From positions 1,248 through 65,247 of the forward strand of contig JAFGCD010000070.1 of NCBI GenBank assembly GCA_016932835.1: a stretch of DNA of 64,000 bases, given 5' to 3'. Shown here piece by piece: positions 56,124-64,000 of this stretch. Position 1 is the stretch's first letter, and every line of letters begins with the position of its first letter. Both the position numbers and the translations under genes were made by a program. This stretch comes from Sedimentisphaerales bacterium. Lineage in GTDB: Bacteria; Planctomycetota; Phycisphaerae; Sedimentisphaerales; Anaerobacaceae. The notes beneath the pieces were generated by a model, which worked only from the letters and a program-made list of their open reading frames with translations, had not been told where the DNA came from and made no database searches.

Positions 56124-57308
56124 ATGGAAACAGAAAAAAAAGGATCCGACGAAATGAATGATTCCGATATTAAGTATATGCAGATGGCGTTGAAGCTGGC
56201 CGAGCGGGGGCTCGATTCGGTCGAGCCGAACCCGGCTGTCGGATGCATCGTAACAAAGGCCAACCAGATTATCGGCAGGGGCTGGCACAAGAAGTTCGGC
56301 GGGCCGCATGCGGAAATAAAAGCGCTGGAAGACTGCAAAAGTCTGGGTGTCAATCCGAAAGGCGCGACGATGTACGTCACGCTCGAACCATGCTCGCACT
56401 TCGGCAAGACGGCGCCTTGTACCGAGGCGATCATATCCGCAAAGCCGGCCAAGGTGGTTGTCGCCACGGTCGATCCCTCGGAACATTCCAACGGCAGGGG
56501 TATTGAGCAGCTCCGAGCGGCTGGAATCGAAGTGGAAACGGGGCTTTGCCAGACAGAAGCGCGTCTTTTGAACGCGCCTTTCATCAAGTTTGCCGCGACG
56601 AAGCAGCCTTGGGTGACATTGAAATGGGCGCAGTCTCTCGACGGCAAGCTTGCCTGGGCGCCGGGTGATAGTTCTCGGCGGTGGATATCGAACGAAGAAA
56701 GCCGTAAGGATGTTCAACGGCTGCGTCGTCGTGCCGGGGCCGTGCTGGTTGGGATAGGCACCGTCCTTGCGGACGACCCTTTCCTGGTTCCGCGTCCGCC
56801 GAAAGGCAAGAAACCCTTGCGAGTTGTGCTCGACAGTTTCCTGCGGATAAAGCTCGGCAGCCGGCTGCTTCGGACCACGAAGACGGCCGGAGTCCTGGTT
56901 TTCACGAAGCAGGAAACGATTATGGAAAAATCAGGCATTGCCGACAGGATCATCGGCAAAGGCGCAGACCTGGTCGGATATCCCGATACGCACGGGCTGT
57001 CGAATCTGCATTATTTGTTGGACGAGCTGCGTGATCGCGGTATTGGGGAGGTGCTCGTCGAGGGCGGGCCGACGGTCATAGCCTCTTTTCTCAAGGAGCG
57101 GCTTGCCGATGAGGTGTGCATTTACTTCTCGCCGAAGGTGCTGGCTCAAAAGGGGGATGTCGATATTGCCGGGCCGATAGCCGAATTGACGAGTATGGTG
57201 GATCTGCATTACGTCACTGCCAGACAGTTCGGCGACGATATCTGCATCAGCGGCCTGACAGAAGAAGCGATGCGAAATATATCGATCGACAAGAGGGCCC
57301 AACAGTGA
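56124..57308 (+). CDS. ribD: Bifunctional riboflavin biosynthesis deaminase/reductase
   Basis: CMP/dCMP deaminase motifs (HAEIKAL; TLEPCSHFGKTAPC) are followed by the RibD C-terminal reductase domain (WVTLKWAQSLDGKLA). The ATG at 56124 is preceded by GTGAGGAG. Confidence 0.95.
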   Translation: METEKKGSDEMNDSDIKYMQMALKLAERGLDSVEPNPAVGCIVTKANQIIGRGWHKKFGGPHAEIKALEDCKSLGVNPKGATMYVTLEPCSHFGKTAPCTEAIISAKPAKVVVATVDPSEHSNGRGIEQLRAAGIEVETGLCQTEARLLNAPFIKFAATKQPWVTLKWAQSLDGKLAWAPGDSSRRWISNEESRKDVQRLRRRAGAVLVGIGTVLADDPFLVPRPPKGKKPLRVVLDSFLRIKLGSRLLRTTKTAGVLVFTKQETIMEKSGIADRIIGKGADLVGYPDTHGLSNLHYLLDELRDRGIGEVLVEGGPTVIASFLKERLADEVCIYFSPKVLAQKGDVDIAGPIAELTSMVDLHYVTARQFGDDICISGLTEEAMRNISIDKRAQQ

Positions 57309-57362
57309 GAACATGGGGGGCGTTCTATTCTGAAGCGGAAGGAAATATCCGGGGGCGGGTAT

Positions 57363-58376
57363 ATGGATAAAAGAGATGTGGCTATGCTGGCTATCGAGGG
57401 CAAGGCCGTTCCATATGTGCCCTGGCATTGCGGATTCACGGTCGAGGCGGCCGAGAAACTCCGCGAGCATTTCGGGCGGGACGATCTCGATGAGGCTGTC
57501 GATAATCACTTCGTCAAACTCGGCAGTGACATCGGTTTTTTCGATGATCTCGGCGATGACCGTTTCAGGGATGTCTTCGGCGTAATCTGGGACCGCAGCG
57601 TGGATAAGGATATCGGCATTGTCGAAGGCTGCATGTTGCCTGAGCCTACCCTTGAGGAATATGAATTTCCTGACCCCCTTGACGAGCGGTTTTACAGGGA
57701 TATTCCACAGAAGCTGGCGAAGTATGAGGGATGCCTGCGGGTATTCAAGATTGGTTTCTCGCTGTATGAGCGGGCGTGGACGCTGCGCGGAATGGAGAGG
57801 CTGATGATGGATTTTCTGGAACACCCGGATTTCGTTCGCGATTTGCTGCGGGCGATAGCCGACTACAACATCGCCCAGGTTCATGAGGCGATGAAGTATG
57901 ATATCGACGCGGTGTATTTCGGCGATGACTGGGGCCAGCAGAGCGGCTTGCAGATGGGGCCGGGTCTGTGGCGCGAGTATATTCGGCCGGAGCTTGAGCG
58001 GATGTATTCGGCTGTGAAGACGGCGGGTAAATACGTCCTGATTCATTCGTGCGGGAAAGTCGATGAGCTTTTCGACGACCTGATCGAGATCGGGCTTGAT
58101 TGCTTCAATCCATTTCAGCCGGAGGTTATGGACGTTTTCGCCCTGCTGAAGAAGTACCGTGGCCGACTGGCGTTTCACGGGGGGCTTTCGACGCAGCGGA
58201 CACTGCCCTACGGGTCGGTTGAAGAGGTTCGCAAAGCGAGCAGCAAATTGCTCGAAGCCGGCAAGGACGGCGGATACATCTTTTCGCCGGCTCATTCGGC
58301 CGAAGGCGATGTGCCGTTGGAGAATATGGTGGCGTTCATCGATGTTCTACATGCCCAGGACGGCTACAAGCGATGA
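57363..58376 (+). CDS. Uroporphyrinogen decarboxylase (URO-D) family protein, not a canonical HemE
   Basis: URO-D/MtaA-like C-terminal core: DAVYFGDDWGQQSGLQMGPGLWREYIRPELERMY...LIHSCGKV...DCFNPFQPEVMD...GGLSTQ. It lacks the HemE N-terminal RQAGRYLPEY motif. Confidence 0.85.
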   Translation: MDKRDVAMLAIEGKAVPYVPWHCGFTVEAAEKLREHFGRDDLDEAVDNHFVKLGSDIGFFDDLGDDRFRDVFGVIWDRSVDKDIGIVEGCMLPEPTLEEYEFPDPLDERFYRDIPQKLAKYEGCLRVFKIGFSLYERAWTLRGMERLMMDFLEHPDFVRDLLRAIADYNIAQVHEAMKYDIDAVYFGDDWGQQSGLQMGPGLWREYIRPELERMYSAVKTAGKYVLIHSCGKVDELFDDLIEIGLDCFNPFQPEVMDVFALLKKYRGRLAFHGGLSTQRTLPYGSVEEVRKASSKLLEAGKDGGYIFSPAHSAEGDVPLENMVAFIDVLHAQDGYKR

Positions 58377-58444
58377 ATAGAACCCGGGGCAGTTGTTGAT
58401 GTTGTCTTTTTTCAATTGGTTTACTTGGTCTGAAAGGTTTTGTG

Positions 58445-59140
58445 ATGCGGCGAATGAATGTTTGTTTGTTGGTTCTGGTTTGTGGTGTTGGGATTTCGAT
58501 TTGCCGGGCCGGAGGCAAGGCCGAGGCGAATCAGTGGGACAATGACATCCGACAATTCGAGCAGTGGGACAGCAAGAATTCGTATCCGCGTGATGCGGTG
58601 TTGTTTGTCGGCAGTTCGAGCATTCGCATGTGGCGGACGGCGGAGTCATTCCCAGGCTTGGCTCTGATCAATCGCGGGTTCGGAGGTTCGCAGATTTCGG
58701 ATGTGAATTATTTCGTCAATCGTATCGTACTCAAATATGAGCCGAAGGTAATTGTCTTTTATGCCGGCGACAATGACGTCGCTGCGGGCAAGGGCGCCGA
58801 GCGGGTCTTCGAAGACTATCGCAAGTTTGTAACGACGGTGCGGGATAAGCTGTCCGGAACGCCCGTTATCTACATCGGCATCAAGCCGAGCGGCAGCAGG
58901 TGGGGCCTGTGGCCGGTGATGAAGAAGGCTAACGAGATGATCGAGGACCTTTGCGTCAAAAATAAGAGACTTCTATACTTCGATTCTGCAACGCCGCTTT
59001 TGGATAGCGAGGGCAAGCCGGATGCGGAGTTATTCCTTAATGACAGACTGCATTTAAGCAGCAAGGGCTACCAAAAATGGACTCAAGCGCTCAGGCCGAT
59101 TATCGAGAAGGCACTGAAGATGAGCGACAAGACCGGCTGA
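58445..59140 (+). CDS. Secreted SGNH/GDSL hydrolase
   Basis: Blocks: I VLFVGSSSIRMW, II NRGFGGSQISD, III FYAGDNDV, V NDRLHLSSKGY. Signal MRRMNVCLLVLVCGVGISICRA. ATG at 58445 (the ORF-track start at 58442 is GTG). Confidence 0.85.
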   Translation: MRRMNVCLLVLVCGVGISICRAGGKAEANQWDNDIRQFEQWDSKNSYPRDAVLFVGSSSIRMWRTAESFPGLALINRGFGGSQISDVNYFVNRIVLKYEPKVIVFYAGDNDVAAGKGAERVFEDYRKFVTTVRDKLSGTPVIYIGIKPSGSRWGLWPVMKKANEMIEDLCVKNKRLLYFDSATPLLDSEGKPDAELFLNDRLHLSSKGYQKWTQALRPIIEKALKMSDKTG

Positions 59141-59555
59141 CGGGCGAGAAGAACCCAGTACTGTCGAGTGGATATCGCGGCAGCGAGAAGGTCCGAAAAA
59201 ACTCTTGAGTTGGAGTGCAAAGTTCCTGCGAACCGCCGACCAAGCGGCCCGATTATTGGCAGATTAGGCTTCTGTTGGATATAACTGCCGGGAGAGCGGT
59301 TTTATCGGCGTGTTTTGAAGGGTTTGGGGTGGACGAGTGATACGGCGGAGGGTGTTTTTGATTCGGCTTTTTTGGTTAACTCGGCCGAAACTGGCTCCGA
59401 TATACCGCTTGAGGCGCACGGAAGCCGTGCAGGGTTCAATGGATGAGCCGAAAGAGCGATTGAAAATACGATAGGATGATGTTTTTGCCGGCCTGAGAAG
59501 GGCCTTGCCGTAGGAGAATCCCTGCGGGGGTTCGAAATACGAAAGGAGATATGCA

Positions 59556-61226
59556 ATGAAGAGGTTGCTCAGCATCTCGAATCTTTTGCTGGTTATTATT
59601 CTGCTCAGCCTTGCAGGTTGCAAGATCGGGCGCCGGTCTGGTCGCAACATTCGACCGGCCGAACGGTCTTATTCCACGGTCGCTCCAGAGGCCGGGGAAG
59701 CCGAAACTGTGGGTATGCTGGCATTGAAACCGGCACCGGCTCCCGTTGAGGCGGCTCTTGCGGAAATTGAGGACGATGTTGTGCCTTCTCCGACGTCTGC
59801 GAAGGTTGTACAGCCGGTAATGATGGCCGGTTCCGAGAACTACGTTCTCTCGCGCATATATCCCTGTCGGGAGTGCGGCAGCGTTCGGCTTGACAAGACC
59901 ATGCCGAAGCAGGTTGAGTTGAACAAGGCTCTGACTTACTCGATTAAGGTTATGAACCTGACCGGCTCTACGCTGAACGGTATCGTAGTAAGCGAAGAAC
60001 TGCCGGCGAGTTTCGCGTTAACCGGCGCCAGTCCGGCCGCCAAGCAGGATGGAAACAACCTGGTCTGGGAGATAACTTCCCTGGGGCCGAGAGCCGTAAT
60101 CGAAATAACGGTGTCGGGAACCGCTTCTAAGATGGAGAGCTTGAAGTACTGCACGAACGTTGTTACGCCTGTGGCTACGACGTGCGGGAGCATTGAGGTC
60201 ATTCAGCCGAGGCTGAAGCTCACGAGGGTTGCGCCGGCCGGAGTCCTGCTGTGCGAACCGATACGCGTGAAATACGTGCTGACAAACACCGGCACCGGGG
60301 CGGCAAGAGAAGTCAAGATTGTTGAAACACTGCCTGAAGGTATCGAGACCGCGGATGGTAAGAGCGAGCTGACAATCGGGGCCGGTACGATTATGGCAGG
60401 CCAGGCCAAGGAGTTCTCCGCAGAGCTCAAGGCTGTTGATGCGGGCAAGTATGTCAGCAAGGCAACTGCCAGTTCCGCGGACGGTTTGCAGGCCGAGTCG
60501 GAAGCGGTGACGACCGTGGTTGACAAGCCTGTTCTGAGCATTACTCAAAACGGCCCCGACAAGCAGTATGTGGGTAGAGCCGTGACATACGAGATAACGG
60601 TTACAAACGAATCGGATGCCCCGGCGAAAGATGCGATGATAGAAAACGACATTCCCGACGGCGTCAAGTCGATGAAGGCCACGGCCGGGGCGAGACTCTC
60701 GGGACGGAAAATAGTCTGGCCCCTGGGGACGCTGGCGCCAAAGGCATCTAAGACCGTGCAGGTATCTTTCACGCCGACGAGAGAGGGCCTGCTGACGAAC
60801 AAGGTTAACGCTGCGGCTTATTGCGCCGATGCAGTGAGCGCCTCGGCACAGACGGTCCTGAAGGCAATCCCGGCTGTGTTGCTGGAAGTTGTTGACATTG
60901 ATGATCCGGTCGAGGTCGGTACGCGTACTACGTATGTGATCACGGTTACGAATCAGGGTTCGGCTGCCAGCACGAATGTCAGCATCGTCTGTAATCTTGA
61001 AGATAATGTTCGATACGTATCTTCGAGCGGCTCGACGATAGGAACGATAGAGGACGGCACGCTGACATTCGCACCGTTGGCAAGTCTGACGCCCAAAGCC
61101 AAAGCGACGTGGCGTGTAGTGGTTACGGCGTTGAGAGAAGGCGATACCCGCTTTAGAGCCACCATGAATGCCGACGAGCTTACCCGACCTGTTGAGGAGA
61201 CCGAGGCTACTCGTATATACGAGTAA
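59556..61226 (+). CDS. Lipoprotein with about four DUF11-type (conserved repeat domain) beta-sandwich repeats
   Basis: Lipobox LLSLAGC. Repeats of the form (V/L)xYxIxVxNxG...A.NV.I...LP.G......G..............W.IG.L..G....I (for example GRAVTYEITVTNESDAPAKDAMIENDIPDG; TRTTYVITVTNQGSAASTNVSIVCNLEDN). AAGGAG lies 7 nt upstream. Confidence 0.8.
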   Translation: MKRLLSISNLLLVIILLSLAGCKIGRRSGRNIRPAERSYSTVAPEAGEAETVGMLALKPAPAPVEAALAEIEDDVVPSPTSAKVVQPVMMAGSENYVLSRIYPCRECGSVRLDKTMPKQVELNKALTYSIKVMNLTGSTLNGIVVSEELPASFALTGASPAAKQDGNNLVWEITSLGPRAVIEITVSGTASKMESLKYCTNVVTPVATTCGSIEVIQPRLKLTRVAPAGVLLCEPIRVKYVLTNTGTGAAREVKIVETLPEGIETADGKSELTIGAGTIMAGQAKEFSAELKAVDAGKYVSKATASSADGLQAESEAVTTVVDKPVLSITQNGPDKQYVGRAVTYEITVTNESDAPAKDAMIENDIPDGVKSMKATAGARLSGRKIVWPLGTLAPKASKTVQVSFTPTREGLLTNKVNAAAYCADAVSASAQTVLKAIPAVLLEVVDIDDPVEVGTRTTYVITVTNQGSAASTNVSIVCNLEDNVRYVSSSGSTIGTIEDGTLTFAPLASLTPKAKATWRVVVTALREGDTRFRATMNADELTRPVEETEATRIYE

Positions 61227-61243
61227 CCTTCGCGGAAGTATAT

Positions 61244-61283
61244 GGCGCCGCGACCGAGGAGATCGCGGCGCCTCTTTTTTTTC
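61244..61283 (+). terminator. Rho-independent terminator
   Basis: A 10-bp perfect GC-rich stem, GGCGCCGCGA (61244-61253) / TCGCGGCGCC (61263-61272), with a 9-nt loop. It is followed by TCTTTTTTTT and lies 18 nt after the DUF11 gene stop. Confidence 0.85.
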
Positions 61284-61409
61284 TCTGTTTCGCTGATTCC
61301 AGTGAGTTTTAGCCTTTGCGCCGCCCCAGGCCGATACAGGCACGTCGGGGGCCTGAAGATTCCCTGCGGGATTATTCTGTCCGCCAATTCCCATCTGCCG
61401 GTTTTGCCT

Positions 61410-61438
61410 TTGCTTTTTTGTGTCGACGATGATATAAT
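61410..61438 (+). promoter_or_regulatory. Candidate extended -10 promoter (TTGCTT-N17-TATAAT with TGa upstream of the -10)
   Basis: TGATATAAT at 61430-61438 and TTGCTT at 61410-61415. It lies ~50 nt upstream of the pseudopilin ATG at 61492. Confidence 0.45.
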
Positions 61439-61491
61439 TGTCGATATGTGCAGGAGGGGGCGAGTCTTAGTGGATGCAAGGAGGCGATGTT

Positions 61492-62217
61492 ATGGTTGCC
61501 GGCAAGCAGATGAGAGGCTTCACACTTGTTGAACTGCTGGTCGTAATCTCGATAATTGCCCTTCTGATGGCGATACTGCTGCCGGCCTTGGGCAAAGCGC
61601 GAGGCCAGGCCCAGGCGTTATTCTGCATGGCCAATATGCGAACCTTCTCCCTCGCTCACAAGCAGCACCTGGCGGAGACGGGCAAGTATTTGCCGCATAC
61701 CGGGTACAATCCTTATACCCCATGGTATAACAGTGATTCATTCCGGCGGTCGATAGGTTTGCCTGTTCTGACTAGGGAGCAGAAAGAGAGAAGGCCGATA
61801 GGGAGTCTCCAGGAGTGGCAGCCCAATGTTAAACGCAAATTCATTTGTCCGGCGGCGAGTTATGCCCTCGATCATCCGGAAGAGGGTTTGTATCCGATCG
61901 ACAGAAGCTATGGCGTCAATGTGGACGGCGACTACTGGGCGAGAAAACGGGGAGTGAGCGATCTTTACGATAAAGAAGGATGGGTCAAGCACCCTTCGGA
62001 GAAGCTCCTGATGGCTGATGCGCTGGATTGGTGGATCGGCTACGCCTTTCGTGAGAAGTACGTCGAATTCGGAGAGAATTGGACGGGGTACGATACCTAT
62101 GGCATGACGGCTTATCGTCATTATGGGCGAACCAACATATTGTACTGGGACGGTCATTCCGAGAAGCTGTCTTTCGAGGATGTGAATAATCCGAACTTGT
62201 GGGATCCGCTCAAGTAG
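61492..62217 (+). CDS. Prepilin-type N-terminal cleavage/methylation domain protein (pseudopilin-like, H-X9-DG type)
   Basis: MVAGKQMRGFTLVELLVVISIIALLMAILLPALGKARGQA, plus the C-terminal YRHYGRTNILYWDGHSE (H-X9-DG). The ATG at 61492 has AAGGAGG 7 nt upstream. The ORF-track ATG at 61474 is possible. Confidence 0.9.
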   Translation: MVAGKQMRGFTLVELLVVISIIALLMAILLPALGKARGQAQALFCMANMRTFSLAHKQHLAETGKYLPHTGYNPYTPWYNSDSFRRSIGLPVLTREQKERRPIGSLQEWQPNVKRKFICPAASYALDHPEEGLYPIDRSYGVNVDGDYWARKRGVSDLYDKEGWVKHPSEKLLMADALDWWIGYAFREKYVEFGENWTGYDTYGMTAYRHYGRTNILYWDGHSEKLSFEDVNNPNLWDPLK

Positions 62218-63003
62218 GATCGACTCGGATTAACTTGATTGCGGACTGAAGCACGGGCTGAAAGGCGGCGGGTCATCAGCGTCGAACAGGGGTAATATGA
62301 ATATGGCCGGTATGCGTAACGACGCGGCCTCTGCGATGTCCGGTGGAATCTGCGCAAAGAAAAAGCCCCTGCGGCATGCGTTAAGTTATTCCTTTAGATT
62401 CTTTGTGTCTTTTCTGAAACACTCACGGGATGCTGCGCAGGGGCGTAGTTACATTGTTTATACCGCTCGGTCTATTGACTTGTCATTTTGCCGTTGGCTT
62501 GGTCGGTGGCGTCCGGCCATGCCGTCAACAGTGCTTTTCTAACAAAGTGCATCGGCAGTGCGAGTGGCCTGCCTTGAGCTTTTTCTGAGGGCATTGCTTT
62601 CGGCGGAGAGGGCCGTTTCAACACAGGTAAGATGGGCACCAAAAGAGAGTCTCTCAATTCCTTGCCGCTCCCCTCAAGCCCCACGTCGGCGCTTCCGTCT
62701 CTTTTCCTGGTAGCCGGTTTTTTACCCTGCTTAGCCCCGATAACGAGCAATTCTCATGACAAAGTTTTTTTGCCTGTTTCGGAAAAAAGTTGTGGATTTT
62801 CTGCAAGATAACATGGCGGTATTTAAGGATAGAATGGCAATTGCGCGGCGGCTGGCTGGAAGCCCGGGGCGTTCCAGAACTCCTGTCGTGTAATGTATCT
62901 CGGCGGCGGCAATTGTTGTGTGCATATGCAAACAAGTTTTAGGATAATGATGGAAAGAAACTGAGAAGGCGAGACATTGCCTGGAATACCTATATTTTCT
63001 ATA

Positions 63004-63032
63004 TTGACATTTGTAGCCTTATTTGTTAGGGT
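63004..63032 (+). promoter_or_regulatory. Candidate sigma70-type promoter (TTGACA-17-TAGGGT)
   Basis: A perfect -35 hexamer at 63004-63009, a 17-nt spacer, then TAGGGT at 63027-63032. It lies ~117 nt upstream of the small ORF. Confidence 0.3.
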
Positions 63033-63148
63033 GTTTGTTGCTTTGGTAGGAGTGGTTGGAGGGTAGGCCTGTTCTATCGTGGCCATTCCGCTGAATGGAA
63101 AGAGCAGGTATCATATTTGGGAAGAAACTGGACAATAGGAGAAGAGTA

Positions 63149-63382
63149 ATGGGAAAACGGAGTGTGGGGTTGCAAAAAGGGCTTTCTGCCATTCTCAAAG
63201 GTGCGCAGGTTCCGGACGAGGTCGGCAAGGATGGCTCGATAGTTGAAAAGACGACAAGGCCAGCCAGTTACGTTCGGCTGGATCCAATAGCGTTGTTCGA
63301 GGAAGTGGCCCACAAACGAAGACGTCAGTTGTCTGTGTGGTCTCGGTTGAGAGAGGTATTTCGCGGCAGAGCGGCACAATAG
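63149..63382 (+). CDS. Small hypothetical protein (77 aa), basic
   Basis: AGGAG lies 7 nt upstream of the ATG at 63149. I recognise no domain. The ORF-track ATG at 63095 is an alternative start. Confidence 0.3.
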   Translation: MGKRSVGLQKGLSAILKGAQVPDEVGKDGSIVEKTTRPASYVRLDPIALFEEVAHKRRRQLSVWSRLREVFRGRAAQ

Positions 63383-63516
63383 CAGACCACTGATACTCCC
63401 AGCCGGCGCCGGCCGTGACCTGTAAACGCAACTTGCAGAGACCCGATGAGCGATTTTGGGGCTCGAATCGTTGTATTATCCTGCCGGGGGCATTTTTTCA
63501 AATGTTTGCAGGCGTT

Positions 63517-63544
63517 TTGATTCCGGCGTTTTGTGTATTATACT
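63517..63544 (+). promoter_or_regulatory. Candidate sigma70-type promoter (TTGATT-16-TATACT)
   Basis: TTGATT at 63517-63522 and TATACT at 63539-63544. It lies ~95 nt upstream of the STAS gene start. Confidence 0.35.
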
Positions 63545-63638
63545 TTCCCTGAGGGTCGCAAGTTGGTCTGATCCTGTTCCGATAAAACGACGCAATTCAG
63601 TATTATAAGCGTTGTGGTCTAAGAAACGGGGGAATACA

Positions 63639-63986
63639 GTGGGAATTGAGAAGTATTCGGGAGATGCCGTTTTTGCTATTTTGCCCAAAGCTCCACACCT
63701 GGGAGATGAACTTGACGAGTTGATTGAAATCGCCGGCGAGGGGTGTGATCGCGATGTGGTAATCGATTTCTCCAGGGTGGAGATGCTGGTTTCCGAAAGC
63801 GTTTGCGCTCTTATGATATTAGACAAGTACCTTGCCTGGTCAGGGCGTCAACTCGTGTTATGTAATACGCCGGTGCCGATCATGGATATGCTCGAACGTA
63901 TCGGATTGTCGTCAGTTTTCACATTTGCCGACGAAGAACGGGCGGTGGTTCAGGAGTCCGGCGATTGCTCCTGCCCATTCGACTGA
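63639..63986 (+). CDS. STAS domain protein (anti-sigma-factor antagonist-like)
   Basis: SpoIIAA/STAS-like layout: AVFAILPKAPHLGDELDELIE...VVIDFSRVEMLVSESVCALMILDKYLAWSGRQLVLCNTPVPIMDMLERIGLSSVF. I chose the GTG at 63639 (GGGGGA 5 nt upstream); TTG 63612 is an alternative. Confidence 0.75.
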   Translation: MGIEKYSGDAVFAILPKAPHLGDELDELIEIAGEGCDRDVVIDFSRVEMLVSESVCALMILDKYLAWSGRQLVLCNTPVPIMDMLERIGLSSVFTFADEERAVVQESGDCSCPFD

Positions 63987-64000
63987 GCAGGGCGGAGTTA

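Noticed and set aside
56931-58295. 454-aa minus-strand ORF opposite ribD and the URO-D gene
   Set aside because: It has no recognisable motifs and a skewed composition. Both plus-strand genes have strong family signatures and RBSs, so this is a shadow ORF.
60018-61394. 458-aa minus-strand ORF opposite the DUF11 gene
   Set aside because: It is an Arg-rich antisense translation that runs through the strong terminator hairpin. The plus strand encodes repeated DUF11 modules.

Overview
64-kb chromosomal window with moderately high GC and several visibly AT-richer patches. It most likely comes from a PVC-superphylum bacterium (Planctomycetota/Phycisphaerae-, Lentisphaerota- or Kiritimatiellota-like). 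The reasons are two orphan prepilin-type genes with 'FTLVELLVVI...' N-termini and H-X9-DG tails, several twin-arginine (TAT) signal Gfo/Idh/MocA and aldo-keto reductases, and dockerin-like tails. I call 40 protein genes and 1 gene remnant. I found no rRNA, tRNA, CRISPR array, transposase or integrase. From left to right the window contains: (i) an OMF-MFP-RND efflux operon; (ii) a metallophosphoesterase; (iii) a beta-helix glycosidase and a 1461-aa secreted multidomain protein; (iv) a tightly coupled minus-strand operon of dockerin-like protein, GH28, a ThuA::TIM-barrel fusion and a TAT Gfo/Idh/MocA oxidoreductase; (v) a four-gene secreted VIT/vWA cluster of unknown function; (vi) clpB; (vii) an L-arabinose operon (Na+/sugar symporter, araB, araD) with a FucI-family isomerase in the AraA slot, plus a symporter gene remnant; (viii) more carbohydrate-active genes (unknown 602-aa protein, GH43, purple-acid-phosphatase-like, NPCBM-GH36, SGNH esterase, TAT oxidoreductases, GH78-like, unknown CBM-tailed protein); (ix) housekeeping ligA and ribD; (x) a DUF11 lipoprotein, pseudopilins, a ~0.9-kb gene-poor stretch and a STAS gene. 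The best candidates for undescribed biology are the ThuA::TIM/GFOR-like periplasmic module attached to GH28, the VIT/vWA four-gene cluster, the unknown secreted proteins at 8750-13135, 36588-38396, 50032-51717 and 51805-52800, and short motifs that recur only in intergenic DNA. All family calls rest on my reading of translated motifs. No database search was run.
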